Shown: positions 37,901 through 47,944 of the stretch, piece after piece
Layout: each line of letters starts with the position of its first letter
How positions within the stretch are numbered: position 1 is the stretch's first letter
Origin: an uncultured virus (IMG/VR IMGVR_UViG_3300029305_002672)
Taxonomy: Duplodnaviria > Heunggongvirae > Uroviricota > Caudoviricetes
Direction: 5' to 3' (one strand)
Length of the DNA stretch: 64,000 bases
IMG/VR virus record: IMGVR_UViG_3300029305_002672
Notes under the pieces: generated by a model
What the model was told of the DNA's origin: nothing
Database searches by the model: none
What the model saw: only the letters and a program-made list of their open reading frames with translations
Program-made: the position numbers and the translations under genes

Positions 37901-38975
37901 AACGCTACCTGCAGCTTGGAACAGCTTCTGGGATGCAATCGGTACGTTCTTCACCGAAACCATTCCCGCGTGGGCTGACACGGTCTGGAATGGTTACGTA
38001 GTCCCATTCTTCACCGAAACGTTACCTGCGGCATGGGATAGTTTCTGGGGAGCAATCGGTACGTTCTTTACGGAGACGATTCCTGCCTGGGCTGACACAG
38101 TCTGGAATGGTCATATTGTCCCGTTCTTTACAGAGACCATACCGACAGTATGGGACAACTTCTGGGCTGCTATCGGTACGTTCTTTACGGAAACGTTACC
38201 CGCGTGGGCTGAATCAACGTGGACCGGACACATCGTCCCGTTCTTCACGGAGACCGTTCCTAATTGGTTTTCAAATCTCTGGGACTCTGTCGTGACCCTC
38301 TTCAACGAGGCGGTTGATGGCTTCGTCGAAAATATCTGGACTCCGATTAAAACCTTCTTCACAGATACAATTCCCGGATGGGTAAGTACCGTTTGGGATA
38401 AGGTGACAGGCTGGTTCGACAATATCAAAGATAACTTCATGAGCGGCTTGGAGGAGGGCTCCGGCGGCAAGTACGGCGGCAAGAAAGCCCGTGGCGGCAT
38501 CGTCGGCGGCAGTAGCTCCTTTGAGGCATTCGCCCGTGGCGGTATGATAGATGGCTTCTCCAACGGCGGTATGGTTGCAGGCGGCTCAAGAATAATCAAG
38601 GTCGCCGAGGAAGGCAGCCCTGAGATGATAATCCCGCTCAGCCATCAGAGACGCGAGCGCGGCTTGAAGCTCTGGGCAAAAGCCGGACAGATGATGGGTG
38701 TTCCCGGATTCGCCCGCGGCGGTATCGTCGGCGGCAACGATGAAGGAATTCGATTCCAGCGTTATGGCTCGGTCGAAAGCGAAGGCGGCAAGAACGTGGT
38801 CATTGAAGTCGGAGGCATTAAGGTGGAAATCCACATTGATGCACGTGACGCTGAAAATATTGTAGAAACCATAAAAGCAAAAGCAGCGGAGATCGCTGAG
38901 GTCGTAGCTGGAGAGCTGGCCGACGCGCTCGACGGACAGTTTGCAAATACACCCGTTAAAGGAGGAGTGGCATGA
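34977..38975 (+). CDS. Tape measure protein
   Basis: 1332 aa; FAKATPF..GDAAAA..GKLS.QELNQL tape-measure domain; FFTETIP repeats. Confidence 0.92.
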   Translation: MARKVVIDVEARFQDNITDDAQTASEAVGDIGEEAKKAAKETDRLGKKKARPHFDVEDSKFVKKMRDAEAKAKAFAKSKFSAFFDAKDKASSVIGNIVAKAKNFAGKSWSAIIAAKDKASSILSKVTTLAKGIAGKTWQAIVKIKDYALTPLNKIKNALFNIKTLAAAVFAGVATKQLVMNPINLADAYSSAQIGFSTLLGEKGGQEMMDQIDAFAKATPFKTSGVISNVQKMMAYGWDTDRIIKDMDTIGDAAAATGKGDAGLESIVYALSEIRSKGKLSTQELNQLASAGIKAKAYLAEGLGYGTDDAGMAKLAKDLEKGAIGANQAIDLILQGMEEFDGMMDKTANETVEGLWSQIQDTFEINILRKWGQGLQDGAKRGLGSIVSLLDTADTALAEFGDTIYGVGKALSNWAADKLEKAVKTIKEVTNTDVFKNAGLGGKVKILWDEVIAEPLSAWWNSTGKKKVAEIASSLGKTLGTGITGGLLVLLGLDAESAIADGVSIGGSFMEGFLEGFDTEKITKALSDWVSNNKGLATVLGSVLAFKLASGVGNFVGNIKNLFPGKSGGSGSGSGLGSYATATMDVTAGVVNVYGSKMNRPSDIVDNATDAYQTYKTAQVANKTKKLLTAGDKVDDVVDGTKLLTAGNKVDDVVDGAKLIGSADDAVDMAKLFKGAGTAKKLYTYTDAAGDVIGTTSKFKAFTGKAGSAVAKMFPKASKFATKAAPWLAALDFAIDGVSGYTKAKREGDSTGQSVGKGVVKSLAGDYEATGVGGRIWSTASNMLKGAGFGLAVGGPIGAIIGAGAGLSTNVGAQLANSNAPEGVKKAVSIIDPIAGLTMAATEAAEDPKAFKEKMSKLFKETIPEKWNGFWNKVGGFFTETIPTAWDTLTEKVSNFFTETIPSAWDSFWESVGTFFTETVPYALGYATGKVLIFFTETIPDAWDKFWGAIETFFTETVPYAIGYVTAKVINFFTETLPAAWNSFWDAIGTFFTETIPAWADTVWNGYVVPFFTETLPAAWDSFWGAIGTFFTETIPAWADTVWNGHIVPFFTETIPTVWDNFWAAIGTFFTETLPAWAESTWTGHIVPFFTETVPNWFSNLWDSVVTLFNEAVDGFVENIWTPIKTFFTDTIPGWVSTVWDKVTGWFDNIKDNFMSGLEEGSGGKYGGKKARGGIVGGSSSFEAFARGGMIDGFSNGGMVAGGSRIIKVAEEGSPEMIIPLSHQRRERGLKLWAKAGQMMGVPGFARGGIVGGNDEGIRFQRYGSVESEGGKNVVIEVGGIKVEIHIDARDAENIVETIKAKAAEIAEVVAGELADALDGQFANTPVKGGVA
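37550..38420 (+). repeat. Coding tandem repeats ((W)..FW..I..FFTET(I/L/V)P) in the tape measure
   Basis: Recurrent TTCTT(C/T)AC.GA(A/G)AC at about 54-66 bp spacing. Confidence 0.8.
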
Positions 38976-39655
38976 ACGTAGATATCCACATTTTTCAAAA
39001 AAGCGATGTCAGCAAGAGAATACGGATACCCGTGCTGCCTGAAAAAATCTCCGTAAAATTCGGTGACGGGAAATTCGTGGATTATCCGATTATGGGTAGA
39101 GGAGATGTGTCAGCCCCAACAGGCGTGGGGCTGGCCACCATCTCCTGGCAGAGTGAATTCCCCGGAGCCTTTCGGACAGACAAGTCCATGCTCCGAGGAG
39201 AGTGGAAACCCATAGCAACATACCATAGATGGCTTGAGCGTTGGAAGGAACGCGGCGAGGAGCTCACGCTCATCGTGACAGGGTATCCCATCAACATGGA
39301 TGTATTCGTATCAGAATACACAGCTGAGCCGTCCGGCGCCTTTGGCGATTTGGTCTATGAAGTAGCGTTCAAGGAATGCAAGACGATTGGAATAACGTCC
39401 GAGACCGTCAAAGACTCCAATACCAATACCAATACCGCAACAAAGCGCAGCACAACAAGCACTAAGGTATATACCATCAAATCCGGCGACACTCTCTGGG
39501 ACATTTCCCGGCGTTATCTTGGCTCGGGTACGTATTGGAAAGCGCTGTACAACGCCAACAGAGTCATTATTGAGAAGACTGCCAAAAGTCGCGGCTATTC
39601 TTCCAGTAACAATGGATGGTGGATATTCCCCGGAACGACTATCACCATCCCATAA
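38972..39655 (+). CDS. LysM-domain baseplate protein (XkdP-like)
   Basis: IPVLPEKI N-terminus; YTIKSGDTLWDIS..YLG...IFPG LysM. Confidence 0.85.
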   Translation: MNVDIHIFQKSDVSKRIRIPVLPEKISVKFGDGKFVDYPIMGRGDVSAPTGVGLATISWQSEFPGAFRTDKSMLRGEWKPIATYHRWLERWKERGEELTLIVTGYPINMDVFVSEYTAEPSGAFGDLVYEVAFKECKTIGITSETVKDSNTNTNTATKRSTTSTKVYTIKSGDTLWDISRRYLGSGTYWKALYNANRVIIEKTAKSRGYSSSNNGWWIFPGTTITIP

Positions 39656-39676
39656 AGCACGAGAGCAGGTGAAATC

Positions 39677-40684
39677 GTGAAAGCATCGGCGATAACCCCT
39701 CTATACACGGTGTATATCGTGTCAGAGACCAAGAAATACAATGTTTCTGCGGCAATCAGCTCCGTAGACCGCTCCGAGGCAAAAAAAGAACTGGCGCAAA
39801 GCGTCACTCTCCAAATTGCCAACGTCAAGGTGGGCGGATCGCAACTGTCAGATTTAATTTCAGCTTGCGACCGCATATACATATACGCAAACGACGGCAC
39901 GACGAGAGACGAGGTGTTCCGTGGCTATGTCTGGGGCGGTGGAAAACAATCTGCTCTTGAAGAACGCAGCATGACGATTAAAGGCTATGACCATCTAATC
40001 TACATGCAAGAGTCCGAAGCCTCGGAATTCTTCGCATCAGGCATGGCGACGGAAGATATCGTCGGTAAGGTATGCCAAGATTGGGGCGTCAAGCTGGAGT
40101 ACACCTACGACAGCATTACCCATCCCAAGCTTGCGCTCCGAGGAAGCCTGTCGGATATATTGACGTCCGATATACTCGACCCCGTCAAGAAGCAGACCGG
40201 CAAGGATTATACCATCATCAGCGATAAAGATGTGATGAAGGTCAAGCGTGTCGGAGATAACAAGACAATCTATCGAATCCTTGAGAAATCGAACGCTATC
40301 AGCGCCTCGGCAGAATTCACCATGAATGGCGTGGTCACTAAGGTTGTCATACTCGGCACAGCTGACAGCGAAGACCGAGAACCCGTCGAAGCTGTTGAGA
40401 GCGGAAATACGAAGAAGTACGGTACGCTGCAAAAAATCATACGCAGGGATGAGAACACGACCCTTGATGATGCGAAAAAGGAAGCTCGGTATATCATCAA
40501 GACCGATGGCGACCCAAAGTGGTCTTATTTGCTCAAAGCCCCGGACATCCCGTGGATTCGCAAGGGAGACATGATGTACGTCAATGCCGGAGACATCAAG
40601 AATAAGTACCTCATCGTGGATGATATCGACAGAGTATCGGATACCACAAAGAACGAAATGACGTTGACCCTTTCAATGCCTTAA
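39677..40684 (+). CDS. Baseplate hub protein (XkdQ-like)
   Basis: Position; KKYGTLQ and IRKGD motifs. Confidence 0.75.
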   Translation: MKASAITPLYTVYIVSETKKYNVSAAISSVDRSEAKKELAQSVTLQIANVKVGGSQLSDLISACDRIYIYANDGTTRDEVFRGYVWGGGKQSALEERSMTIKGYDHLIYMQESEASEFFASGMATEDIVGKVCQDWGVKLEYTYDSITHPKLALRGSLSDILTSDILDPVKKQTGKDYTIISDKDVMKVKRVGDNKTIYRILEKSNAISASAEFTMNGVVTKVVILGTADSEDREPVEAVESGNTKKYGTLQKIIRRDENTTLDDAKKEARYIIKTDGDPKWSYLLKAPDIPWIRKGDMMYVNAGDIKNKYLIVDDIDRVSDTTKNEMTLTLSMP

Positions 40685-40785
40685 ATTCGCCACGAGAGCG
40701 AAGAAAGCGGAGGGGGAGACGAACACCCGACGAACAAAGAAACGCATCACAGCAAGCCCGTGTGAGCGAGACAGGAGGGTTATAG

Positions 40786-41130
40786 ATGGGCAACAACATG
40801 AAGCGGCTCGGCAACGTCCTCGCAGGGCGAATGCAAAGCACCGCGAAGAAGAATATACCGACGACGTTAGAACTCGGCAAGATCAACGATGACATGAGTC
40901 TATCTGTCGACGGACTGAACAACCGTATCATGCCCAACGATTATATGGTTGACATCAGGCTCACGCACAAAGACTACAAGACCGATGAATCCCTGCTCAA
41001 CACTCACAGCCATCGAATGCCTTCCGTGTTTCGGAAGCTCAAGGGCGGCGACCGCGTGCTTGTGGCATGGATTGGTTATGAGCCAATCATTGTAGCAATC
41101 GTCGTGTCCGGCACGACCGAGACAGAGTAA
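40786..41130 (+). CDS. Baseplate spike-like protein (XkdR-like)
   Basis: LELGKI, HSH and LKGGDRVLV. Confidence 0.65.
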   Translation: MGNNMKRLGNVLAGRMQSTAKKNIPTTLELGKINDDMSLSVDGLNNRIMPNDYMVDIRLTHKDYKTDESLLNTHSHRMPSVFRKLKGGDRVLVAWIGYEPIIVAIVVSGTTETE

Positions 41131-41142
41131 GGGAGGTACAAT

Positions 41143-41613
41143 ATGCCGAACCTTTTCCCGGAAGGATATGAACAACAGGTCGTAACCCTTGAGGATGTCG
41201 AGAGGGAGCGGCCGAAAGGATACCGCAACGGTCTCGCATTTGATGAAACCGCAGGAGAATTCAAGTGCGACGGACGCAATAAAATACTTGACAGCGACGG
41301 CATTGAAAGCTGGAGGTCATGGTGTATCAACTGTATGCACACGGAGCGCTATAAGCACGCTGCTTATAGCACAGACTTCGGCATTGAGTATGACCTCATA
41401 TTTGCCGCCGAATCACCCGAGGAGGCCGAGAGCATCCTCATCATACAGATAACCGAGGCATTGCTTGCAGACCCCTATGAGCGTACCGATTACATCGAGG
41501 ACATCCAGATCGAGTGGACGGCTCCCGATGCTATGAAGGTCCGCGTCATTGTTCACGGTGTGTACGATGCCACCATAGATATAACCGCATACATCACCAA
41601 AGGAGGAATATAA
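41143..41613 (+). CDS. Baseplate wedge protein (XkdS/DUF2634-like)
   Basis: TERYKH.AYS.DFGIE and ITEALL.D. Confidence 0.8.
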   Translation: MPNLFPEGYEQQVVTLEDVERERPKGYRNGLAFDETAGEFKCDGRNKILDSDGIESWRSWCINCMHTERYKHAAYSTDFGIEYDLIFAAESPEEAESILIIQITEALLADPYERTDYIEDIQIEWTAPDAMKVRVIVHGVYDATIDITAYITKGGI

Positions 41614-42771
41614 ATGGCGGACCTTACAACTCCTTCATTTTTGGAAAAATGCAGCCCCGATGATATGCATAGCATAGGCTTGGCTGCTCTCCCGCCTGAC
41701 ATAGACATGAGCGAAGGAGGTCACGCATGGAACCTGACTCGGTCACCCGCGCTGATAGCATCCTTTCTCTGCGAGTACATCTTGCCGAATGTCATAAGTT
41801 TAATAAACCCCGAGACTGCCTTTGGTACCTATCTTGATGACCAGGCTAAGATTCGAGCCATGAAGCGTCGAGCGGCGACTGCGGCGTCCGGAGAAATAAC
41901 CATCACAGGTACTGCAGGCGCAGTCATACCGTCCGGCAGCCTGTTCGTCACATCGACCATCAATAACGAGCCCTCGACCGAATATCGGACAACGGAAGAT
42001 GTCACGATTCCGGAGTCAGGGAGCATCACGGTCAACATTGAATGCACGAAGACGGGCATCGGAGGGAATACCGCCGCGAACACCATCATCCACGTCGGCA
42101 GCAAGCTCACGGGCATTAAGTCTGTGACCAATGAAGCCGTCATCACAGGCGGCACTGAGGAAGAGGACGATGAGTCGCTGCAGGCACGAATCACCGAGTA
42201 CGACCAATCACTCGGGGACTCATTCGTAGGAAGCCCGTCGGACTATAAGCGGTGGGCAGAGAGCGTCAACGGCGTCGGCGCCGCGGAGGTTATCCCTGCG
42301 CAGGACACTTCGGGTCTTGTGACCATCGTGCTTCTTGATGCCAACGGCGATCCCGCCAACGAAAAGCTGCGCGCCGATGTATACAATTACATCATGGCGC
42401 CCGACAATCCGAGTGCGAGACTTGCACCGACCAATGCGTCTCTTTCCGTCGTTGCGCCCGAGACCGTCACAGTCGCCATCAAGGCTACAGTCGAGCTTAA
42501 AGACGACGCTACCATTGAGTCTGTCAGCGCATCGTTCTTGTCGTTGCTTATGGCATACTTGCCGGAAGCCATGCAGGACGGAGAAATTCGCTATTCCAGA
42601 ATCACGCGCGAGCTCTCCAAGACAAACGGTGTGTACGACTATGCCAATGTCCAAATCGGCGTGAACAACGAGGGGAATATCACATACGGCACATCTAATA
42701 TCGCCGTATCAAACACCAAGCTTCCGGTCATTACAGCTGAATGCTTGCTCTTGACCGCAGGCACCGTGTGA
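41614..42771 (+). CDS. Baseplate J-like protein (XkdT)
   Basis: G.YLD, GGTEEE.DE.L..R and DYKRWA..V.GVG. Confidence 0.9.
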   Translation: MADLTTPSFLEKCSPDDMHSIGLAALPPDIDMSEGGHAWNLTRSPALIASFLCEYILPNVISLINPETAFGTYLDDQAKIRAMKRRAATAASGEITITGTAGAVIPSGSLFVTSTINNEPSTEYRTTEDVTIPESGSITVNIECTKTGIGGNTAANTIIHVGSKLTGIKSVTNEAVITGGTEEEDDESLQARITEYDQSLGDSFVGSPSDYKRWAESVNGVGAAEVIPAQDTSGLVTIVLLDANGDPANEKLRADVYNYIMAPDNPSARLAPTNASLSVVAPETVTVAIKATVELKDDATIESVSASFLSLLMAYLPEAMQDGEIRYSRITRELSKTNGVYDYANVQIGVNNEGNITYGTSNIAVSNTKLPVITAECLLLTAGTV

Positions 42772-42781
42772 GGAGGCGCTC

Positions 42782-43357
42782 ATGAGACAGAGGACTGAGC
42801 TATCCACCGCAATTCTGACAAGCCCAACAGCGCAGAAAATGATAGACTTCGTGTCGCCAATCTACGGAGACAGCTATGTGGGACTTTGGCTGTTCCAAGC
42901 CAACGGACTCATCCTTGACAAGGTCGTTCAGTACGCTGAAGCGTTGTACAAGGAGACCAACCCGGCAACATCGGTCTTGCTGCTCGATATGTGGGAGCAA
43001 CACTATGCGCTTCCGAAGGACAGCAGCTTGACGACCGAGCAACGGCAGGCGAGGCTACTGGCAAAGCTTATGTCTCGCGGTCCTTGCAACCCAACAAGAC
43101 TGGCGGCAGCCATCTCCAGCGCGATAGGAGGTATTGAGGTGCGAATCATTGAGAACGTCGCGCCCAACACCTTCAGAGTCGAGATACAAGACCCGATACC
43201 ATCAATCGCGCCCGTCGTGGCTGTCCTTGAAAAGAAAAAACCGGCACACCTTATTTACAAACTGCAGGTGGCGCACAGAGTCGTCACCGAGAATGAAATT
43301 AAAGTGGCCGTAGCTCTGACCAGAGCAAATATCTACAGAGTGGAGGTGTATCAATAA
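42782..43357 (+). CDS. Baseplate protein (XkdU/YmfQ-like)
   Basis: L..WE..Y.L, L..EQR..R and KPAHL. Confidence 0.8.
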   Translation: MRQRTELSTAILTSPTAQKMIDFVSPIYGDSYVGLWLFQANGLILDKVVQYAEALYKETNPATSVLLLDMWEQHYALPKDSSLTTEQRQARLLAKLMSRGPCNPTRLAAAISSAIGGIEVRIIENVAPNTFRVEIQDPIPSIAPVVAVLEKKKPAHLIYKLQVAHRVVTENEIKVAVALTRANIYRVEVYQ

Positions 43358-44598
43358 TGGATACATGGGCAAATAGAGCGATTACCAAAAAGGGGCTTGC
43401 GCTCCAAGCCAAACTAATCGCCGGCACGAAACTCACCATCACCAGAGCTGTGGCAGGCACGGGGTATGTATCACCCGACGAGCTGCAGGCGCAAACGGCG
43501 GTCATCGGAGAAAGACAGACCTTGACCTTTCGTGAATTGACGTATCCGGAAGAGGGAAAATGCGCCCTGCCATGCCGTTTGAATAATGTCGGGATTACCG
43601 AGGGATATACCGCCATGCAAATCGGCATCTACGCGACCGATCCTGACGAGGGAGAAATCCTCTACGCCATCACGCAAGCTGAGAGCGGCAAAGGAACGGA
43701 AGTTCCGTCCGAAACCGAATCTCCCGGCTATATTGCCGAGTGGGTGTTCTACTTTCAATTCGGACAGGCAGATTCCGTTGAGCTTGTCGTGTCCCCTTCA
43801 GACACCGTCACCATCGTCATGCTCAATAAAGACCTGGCAAAAAAAGCAGACGTCAATCTCGGGAATGTAGATGGCGCGGACTTCGCCAAGAAGACCATCG
43901 AATCCCAGCCGGAAATGATTTATGACGCCACATCGGATGATGGCGTGGCTTACACCGCTACCGTTCCGGGCGTTACAGAACTGTATCCTGGATTGAAGAT
44001 AACCTTGCAGCTCTCTCGGACGTCGGCCAGCATAACCCCCACGCTGGACGTCAATGGATTGGGCGCCAAGGGCATCCGACAACCGCTGACAGGTAACAGC
44101 GTCGCCACTACGACGGCAGCCATGGATACGTGGCTTAATGCCGCCTGTCCCATCACAATGACGTTCACAGGCACGCTGTGGAAAGTGGACTTTATGAGAC
44201 CATCTGCCGCGTACCTTTACGGCTCCGTCCCGATTGAAGGGGGAGGCACAGGGGCAAACAACGCCGAGGCGGCGCGAAAGAACCTCGGCATCACGGGTCT
44301 GCTTAATGTGATACCGACCGAATATACGGACGCGTACATGCCAACAGGGAGCGGTTGGTATACCGGATACGTGAAAGTTGTCGATGAGATAGACGATAGT
44401 GAATACTACCAATCGCTCGGTGTTTTTTACTACGATTCATCTATGCGTTTACCCCTGCAGATATGCGAATGGCGTAAATACTATTCGTCAACAACATATG
44501 ATTATCTCGATTTTTACGTTAGTATTTCATCACGAAAAATCATTGGAAGAATACAAGACGGCATTACCTACACCTTTTTCCTCGCCAAACTTTCTTAA
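43357..44598 (+). CDS. Tail fibre protein
   Basis: ITKKG..L.AK and IGIYATDPDEGEILYA collar domain; GGTGA; AT-rich tip. Confidence 0.85.
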   Translation: MDTWANRAITKKGLALQAKLIAGTKLTITRAVAGTGYVSPDELQAQTAVIGERQTLTFRELTYPEEGKCALPCRLNNVGITEGYTAMQIGIYATDPDEGEILYAITQAESGKGTEVPSETESPGYIAEWVFYFQFGQADSVELVVSPSDTVTIVMLNKDLAKKADVNLGNVDGADFAKKTIESQPEMIYDATSDDGVAYTATVPGVTELYPGLKITLQLSRTSASITPTLDVNGLGAKGIRQPLTGNSVATTTAAMDTWLNAACPITMTFTGTLWKVDFMRPSAAYLYGSVPIEGGGTGANNAEAARKNLGITGLLNVIPTEYTDAYMPTGSGWYTGYVKVVDEIDDSEYYQSLGVFYYDSSMRLPLQICEWRKYYSSTTYDYLDFYVSISSRKIIGRIQDGITYTFFLAKLS

Positions 44599-44629
44599 TG
44601 TGTAATTTTTTTTGGAGGTACAACTAAAT

Positions 44630-46375
44630 ATGTCTAATCCCAACTTTGATCCCCAAATTTCCTCGAACACCGTCTGGTACGGTGACCAGGAAGCAGTCTG
44701 CCTCACCGACGTAGTGGATGGCAAGGCAGAAGCCGACCACACCCACGCAGGGTATGCTGCGGCGAACCACGAGCACGATGGATACGCCGACGCAAATCAT
44801 ACCCACGCAGGGTATGCTGCGGCGAACCATGAGCATACCGACTATGCGGACGTCAACCACAATCACACCGAGTATGCAGACGCCGACCACACCCACACAG
44901 GCTATGCTGGGGTAAACCATGAGCATACCGGCTATGCGGATGCCAATCACAGCCACTCTCCCGCCGCCATCGGGGCCGCTCCTGTCTCGCACACCCACGA
45001 TTATGCGGCGTCCACGCACACTCACGCTCAGTCCGATATTACCGGTATGATTGCCGCCCTGGCTTCCAAGGCGGAGGCAACCCATGACCACACCCTGGCA
45101 CAGGTCGTCGGGCTCGTTGCGGCTTTGGCAGCCAAGGCTGACCTTGTGGATGGCAAGGTACCCGCATCCCAGCTTCCCGCCTTCGTGGACGATGTCGTAG
45201 AGTATGCGGCTGTGGCGAATTTCCCCACCACCGGCGAGGCCGGAAAGATTTACGTCGCAACCGGCAACAACAAGAGCTACCGCTGGAGCGGAACCACTTA
45301 TGTGGAAGTCGCTGGCGGCGTGGCTCTCGGTGAGACCTCCGCTACCGCATACCGTGGCGACCGCGGCAAGACCGCCTATGAGCACAGCCAGAACGGCGAC
45401 GTCCACGTGACCGCCGCCCAGAAGACCGCGTGGGACGGTAAGGCTGCAGGCGACCATACCCATAACTACGCCGCTACTTCGCATACCCATTCGCCCGCGA
45501 GCATCGGTGCGGCTGCTGAAAGCCATGGTCACAGCTACAACGATCTGACCGACAGGCCCTCCATCCCCTCCATCCCCGCAAGCCTGCCCGCCAACGGCGG
45601 CAACGCTGACACCGTGGACGGAATGCACTCTACGGATTTTGCTGCCGCCAGCCATACCCATAGCGGCTTTGCAACCAGCGGCCACAACCACGATTCAGCG
45701 TACATCGCCAAGTCGATGCAGTTTACCGCGGACAACGGCGGCGTGAAACTCTCGGTAACCTTGAACAGCGGCAATAACGTCCTCACTGTTATCGCGGGGC
45801 TGTCCGTCGGCGTCTATACTATCTACTCTCAGTCCGGCGTCCCCGGCAATCCGAAGACTACCGAAGCTTGGCGCTTGGTTGTCCACAAGACCAACAGTAC
45901 GGTCATCTGGGTGTTGGGGTTCGGCTCCATGGGCTCCGTGTACAGCAACTACTACTCTGACAACGCATGGATTGGCTGGAAGTGCCTCCATGACGCCAAT
46001 CCCGACGCTCTTTGGACGGGCAATTTCTACATGAACGCGGTTCATACCGTAACACCGGCCAAGAAACTGTCCGAATGCCGATCCGGCTGGGTGCTGGTAT
46101 GGAGCGACTACAATCCCGACACCAACACCGTTGCCAACGAGGACTTTGTTACCTCGGTAATCTACAAGAGGAAACCCGACGGAACCGCATGGTCGGGACA
46201 GTCCCACTACTTCGATATTCCCCGCTATATCGGCGATACCGCCGCCGACGTCACGACTGAAAGCCGAATCATGAAGCGTCTTTATGTGTATGACAATAAG
46301 CTCGTTGGATATGAGTTCAACAATCAGAGCAACGCACGAAAAGACGTCGTCCTCCGCGCCGTATACGAATTCTAA
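44630..46375 (+). CDS. Tail fibre/receptor-binding protein with HxH repeats
   Basis: 10-aa HxHxxYA repeats, KADLVDGKVPASQLP, LGETSATAYRGDRGK and NADTVDG.H. Confidence 0.8.
   Translation: MSNPNFDPQISSNTVWYGDQEAVCLTDVVDGKAEADHTHAGYAAANHEHDGYADANHTHAGYAAANHEHTDYADVNHNHTEYADADHTHTGYAGVNHEHTGYADANHSHSPAAIGAAPVSHTHDYAASTHTHAQSDITGMIAALASKAEATHDHTLAQVVGLVAALAAKADLVDGKVPASQLPAFVDDVVEYAAVANFPTTGEAGKIYVATGNNKSYRWSGTTYVEVAGGVALGETSATAYRGDRGKTAYEHSQNGDVHVTAAQKTAWDGKAAGDHTHNYAATSHTHSPASIGAAAESHGHSYNDLTDRPSIPSIPASLPANGGNADTVDGMHSTDFAAASHTHSGFATSGHNHDSAYIAKSMQFTADNGGVKLSVTLNSGNNVLTVIAGLSVGVYTIYSQSGVPGNPKTTEAWRLVVHKTNSTVIWVLGFGSMGSVYSNYYSDNAWIGWKCLHDANPDALWTGNFYMNAVHTVTPAKKLSECRSGWVLVWSDYNPDTNTVANEDFVTSVIYKRKPDGTAWSGQSHYFDIPRYIGDTAADVTTESRIMKRLYVYDNKLVGYEFNNQSNARKDVVLRAVYEF
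44735..44960 (+). repeat. 30-bp coding tandem repeat, about 8 units
   Basis: CAC ACC CAC GCA GGG TAT GCT GCG GCG AAC-type units. Confidence 0.8.
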
Positions 46376-46398
46376 TACCGAAGACAGGAGGGAACACC

Positions 46399-46701
46399 AT
46401 GCACGACGATATAGAAATAGAACATCGCCTTACAGCGGTGGAAAAGCTCTCCGGTAGCAATCGCCATAGACTGGACGAGGTGGAAAAAAGGCAAGACAAC
46501 CTTGATAGCATCGTCTCCGCCGTAGCCTGCTTGAAGCAGGAGCAAGGACACATCCAAGCGGATGTGCAGGAGATTAAAAAAGATGTCAAAACCTTGAACG
46601 AAAAACCCGCAAAACGTTGGGAAAAGGTCCTTGAGGTTGCCGTCACAGCCATCATCTCGGCTGTTATCGGATTCATCATTGCAGCGATAGGTCTCAAATA
46701 A
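46399..46701 (+). CDS. Holin-like (XhlA-type) protein
   Basis: Coiled coil plus a C-terminal TM helix, upstream of the endolysin. Confidence 0.7.
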   Translation: MHDDIEIEHRLTAVEKLSGSNRHRLDEVEKRQDNLDSIVSAVACLKQEQGHIQADVQEIKKDVKTLNEKPAKRWEKVLEVAVTAIISAVIGFIIAAIGLK

Positions 46702-46783
46702 AAAATGAATAAAGAACCCCGGCGATAGCCTTGTGCTGTCGTCGGGGTATCTCTATCAAATACAACACAGGAGTGAAGACACC

Positions 46784-47608
46784 ATGACAATGACAGGACA
46801 ACAACTTGCAGACAAAGTAACCAAGATCGCGAAAGAATACAAGACCTGCTACATCTGGGGAGGGCTCGGAAAACCCATCACCGCCCAAACAATCCAGCAA
46901 GCTATCAACCAATATCCAAAGAATGATACATATGCAGCTAAAGCACAGACTCTCGCTGGCAAGAAGAAAGCCTTTTATTTTGACTGTGTGGGACTTATTA
47001 AGTCTGTCCTATGGGGATGGAGCGGCGACAGCAGTAAGAGCCTTGGAGGGGCAAAATATGCCTCTAACGGGGTGCCTGACATCTCCGCCGACCAGATGAT
47101 AACCAAATGCAGCGGCGTCAGCACGAATTTCTCCGGGCTGCAGGTCGGAGAGCTGCTGTGGTGCAAGGGGCACGTCGGCATTTATATCGGAGAGGGACTC
47201 GCTGTGGAATGTACGCCAAAATGGGATGGCGGCGTTCAGATCACCGCCGTCGGGAACGTCGGCAGCAAGTACGGATATCACACTCGCGTCTGGACAAAGC
47301 ATGGTAAGCTTCCGTATGTGACCTACACCAAGGCAAGCAGCACGTCCACAAAGAAGACGTCCTCCGTGAAGCTGGACCCAGCCAAGTCGTATAATGAAGC
47401 CTACGCCGGGACATACACCGTCAAAGCGGTATGGTTAAATATGCGCAAAGGAGCGGGTACCACAAAGAACGTCGTCAAGACTCTGCCGAAAGGGCGCAAG
47501 GTGACCTGCTACGGTTACTACACAAAAAACGGCTCCACACCATGGCTCTATGTGGTGGATCAGAAGACCGGAGCGACGGGGTACTGCTCAAAAAAATACC
47601 TCAAATAA
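46784..47608 (+). CDS. Endolysin (NlpC/P60-like catalytic domain + SH3-like binding domain)
   Basis: YIWGG, FDCVGLIK and GHVGIYIG; LNMRKGAGT..GYCSKKYL. Confidence 0.85.
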   Translation: MTMTGQQLADKVTKIAKEYKTCYIWGGLGKPITAQTIQQAINQYPKNDTYAAKAQTLAGKKKAFYFDCVGLIKSVLWGWSGDSSKSLGGAKYASNGVPDISADQMITKCSGVSTNFSGLQVGELLWCKGHVGIYIGEGLAVECTPKWDGGVQITAVGNVGSKYGYHTRVWTKHGKLPYVTYTKASSTSTKKTSSVKLDPAKSYNEAYAGTYTVKAVWLNMRKGAGTTKNVVKTLPKGRKVTCYGYYTKNGSTPWLYVVDQKTGATGYCSKKYLK

Positions 47609-47656
47609 ATGAAACGTTTTACTACAGAAAAATGTAATGACTTTTGTAATGACACG

Positions 47657-47686
47657 AAGACCGGACATCAGCGCCGGTCTTTTTTT
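47657..47686 (+). terminator. Intrinsic terminator ending the late operon
   Basis: AAGACCGG..CCGGTCTT followed by a T run. Confidence 0.75.
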
Positions 47687-47721
47687 GATATCATGATATC
47701 AATACAAAGGAGGTTATAACC

Positions 47722-47940
47722 ATGAACCACAAAGAGAGGCTTATTGAAATGTACAAAGAGGCGGCGCTGGACGCCTACCGTGCGCTTGAGGAATCGAAAG
47801 ACACCGAGTATGGAGCCCCACAGAGGGAGCTATTCGCCGAAAAGTACGGTCGGAGGCAGGCATACGCCCGCGTTTTGAGGGAGCTGCACGACGTCCGCCC
47901 GGAAGAGTTTCAACAAATTCTTGATAATTTGCACAAATGA
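47722..47940 (+). CDS. Hypothetical protein
   Basis: SD AAGGAGG. Confidence 0.6.
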   Translation: MNHKERLIEMYKEAALDAYRALEESKDTEYGAPQRELFAEKYGRRQAYARVLRELHDVRPEEFQQILDNLHK

Positions 47941-47944
47941 GCGC

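Noticed and set aside
39640..40700. Other genes ending in Pro-stop (CCA TAA, CCT TAA)
   Set aside because: The codon is not CCC, there is no SD-like stimulator, and no recognisable protein continuation follows.
44735..44960. CRISPR-like array
   Set aside because: The repeats are degenerate, in-frame 30-bp coding units without unique spacers. The same applies to the tape measure repeats.
17437..46375. Diversity-generating retroelement targeting the LRR or tail fibre
   Set aside because: No reverse transcriptase and no template/variable repeat pair were seen in the window.
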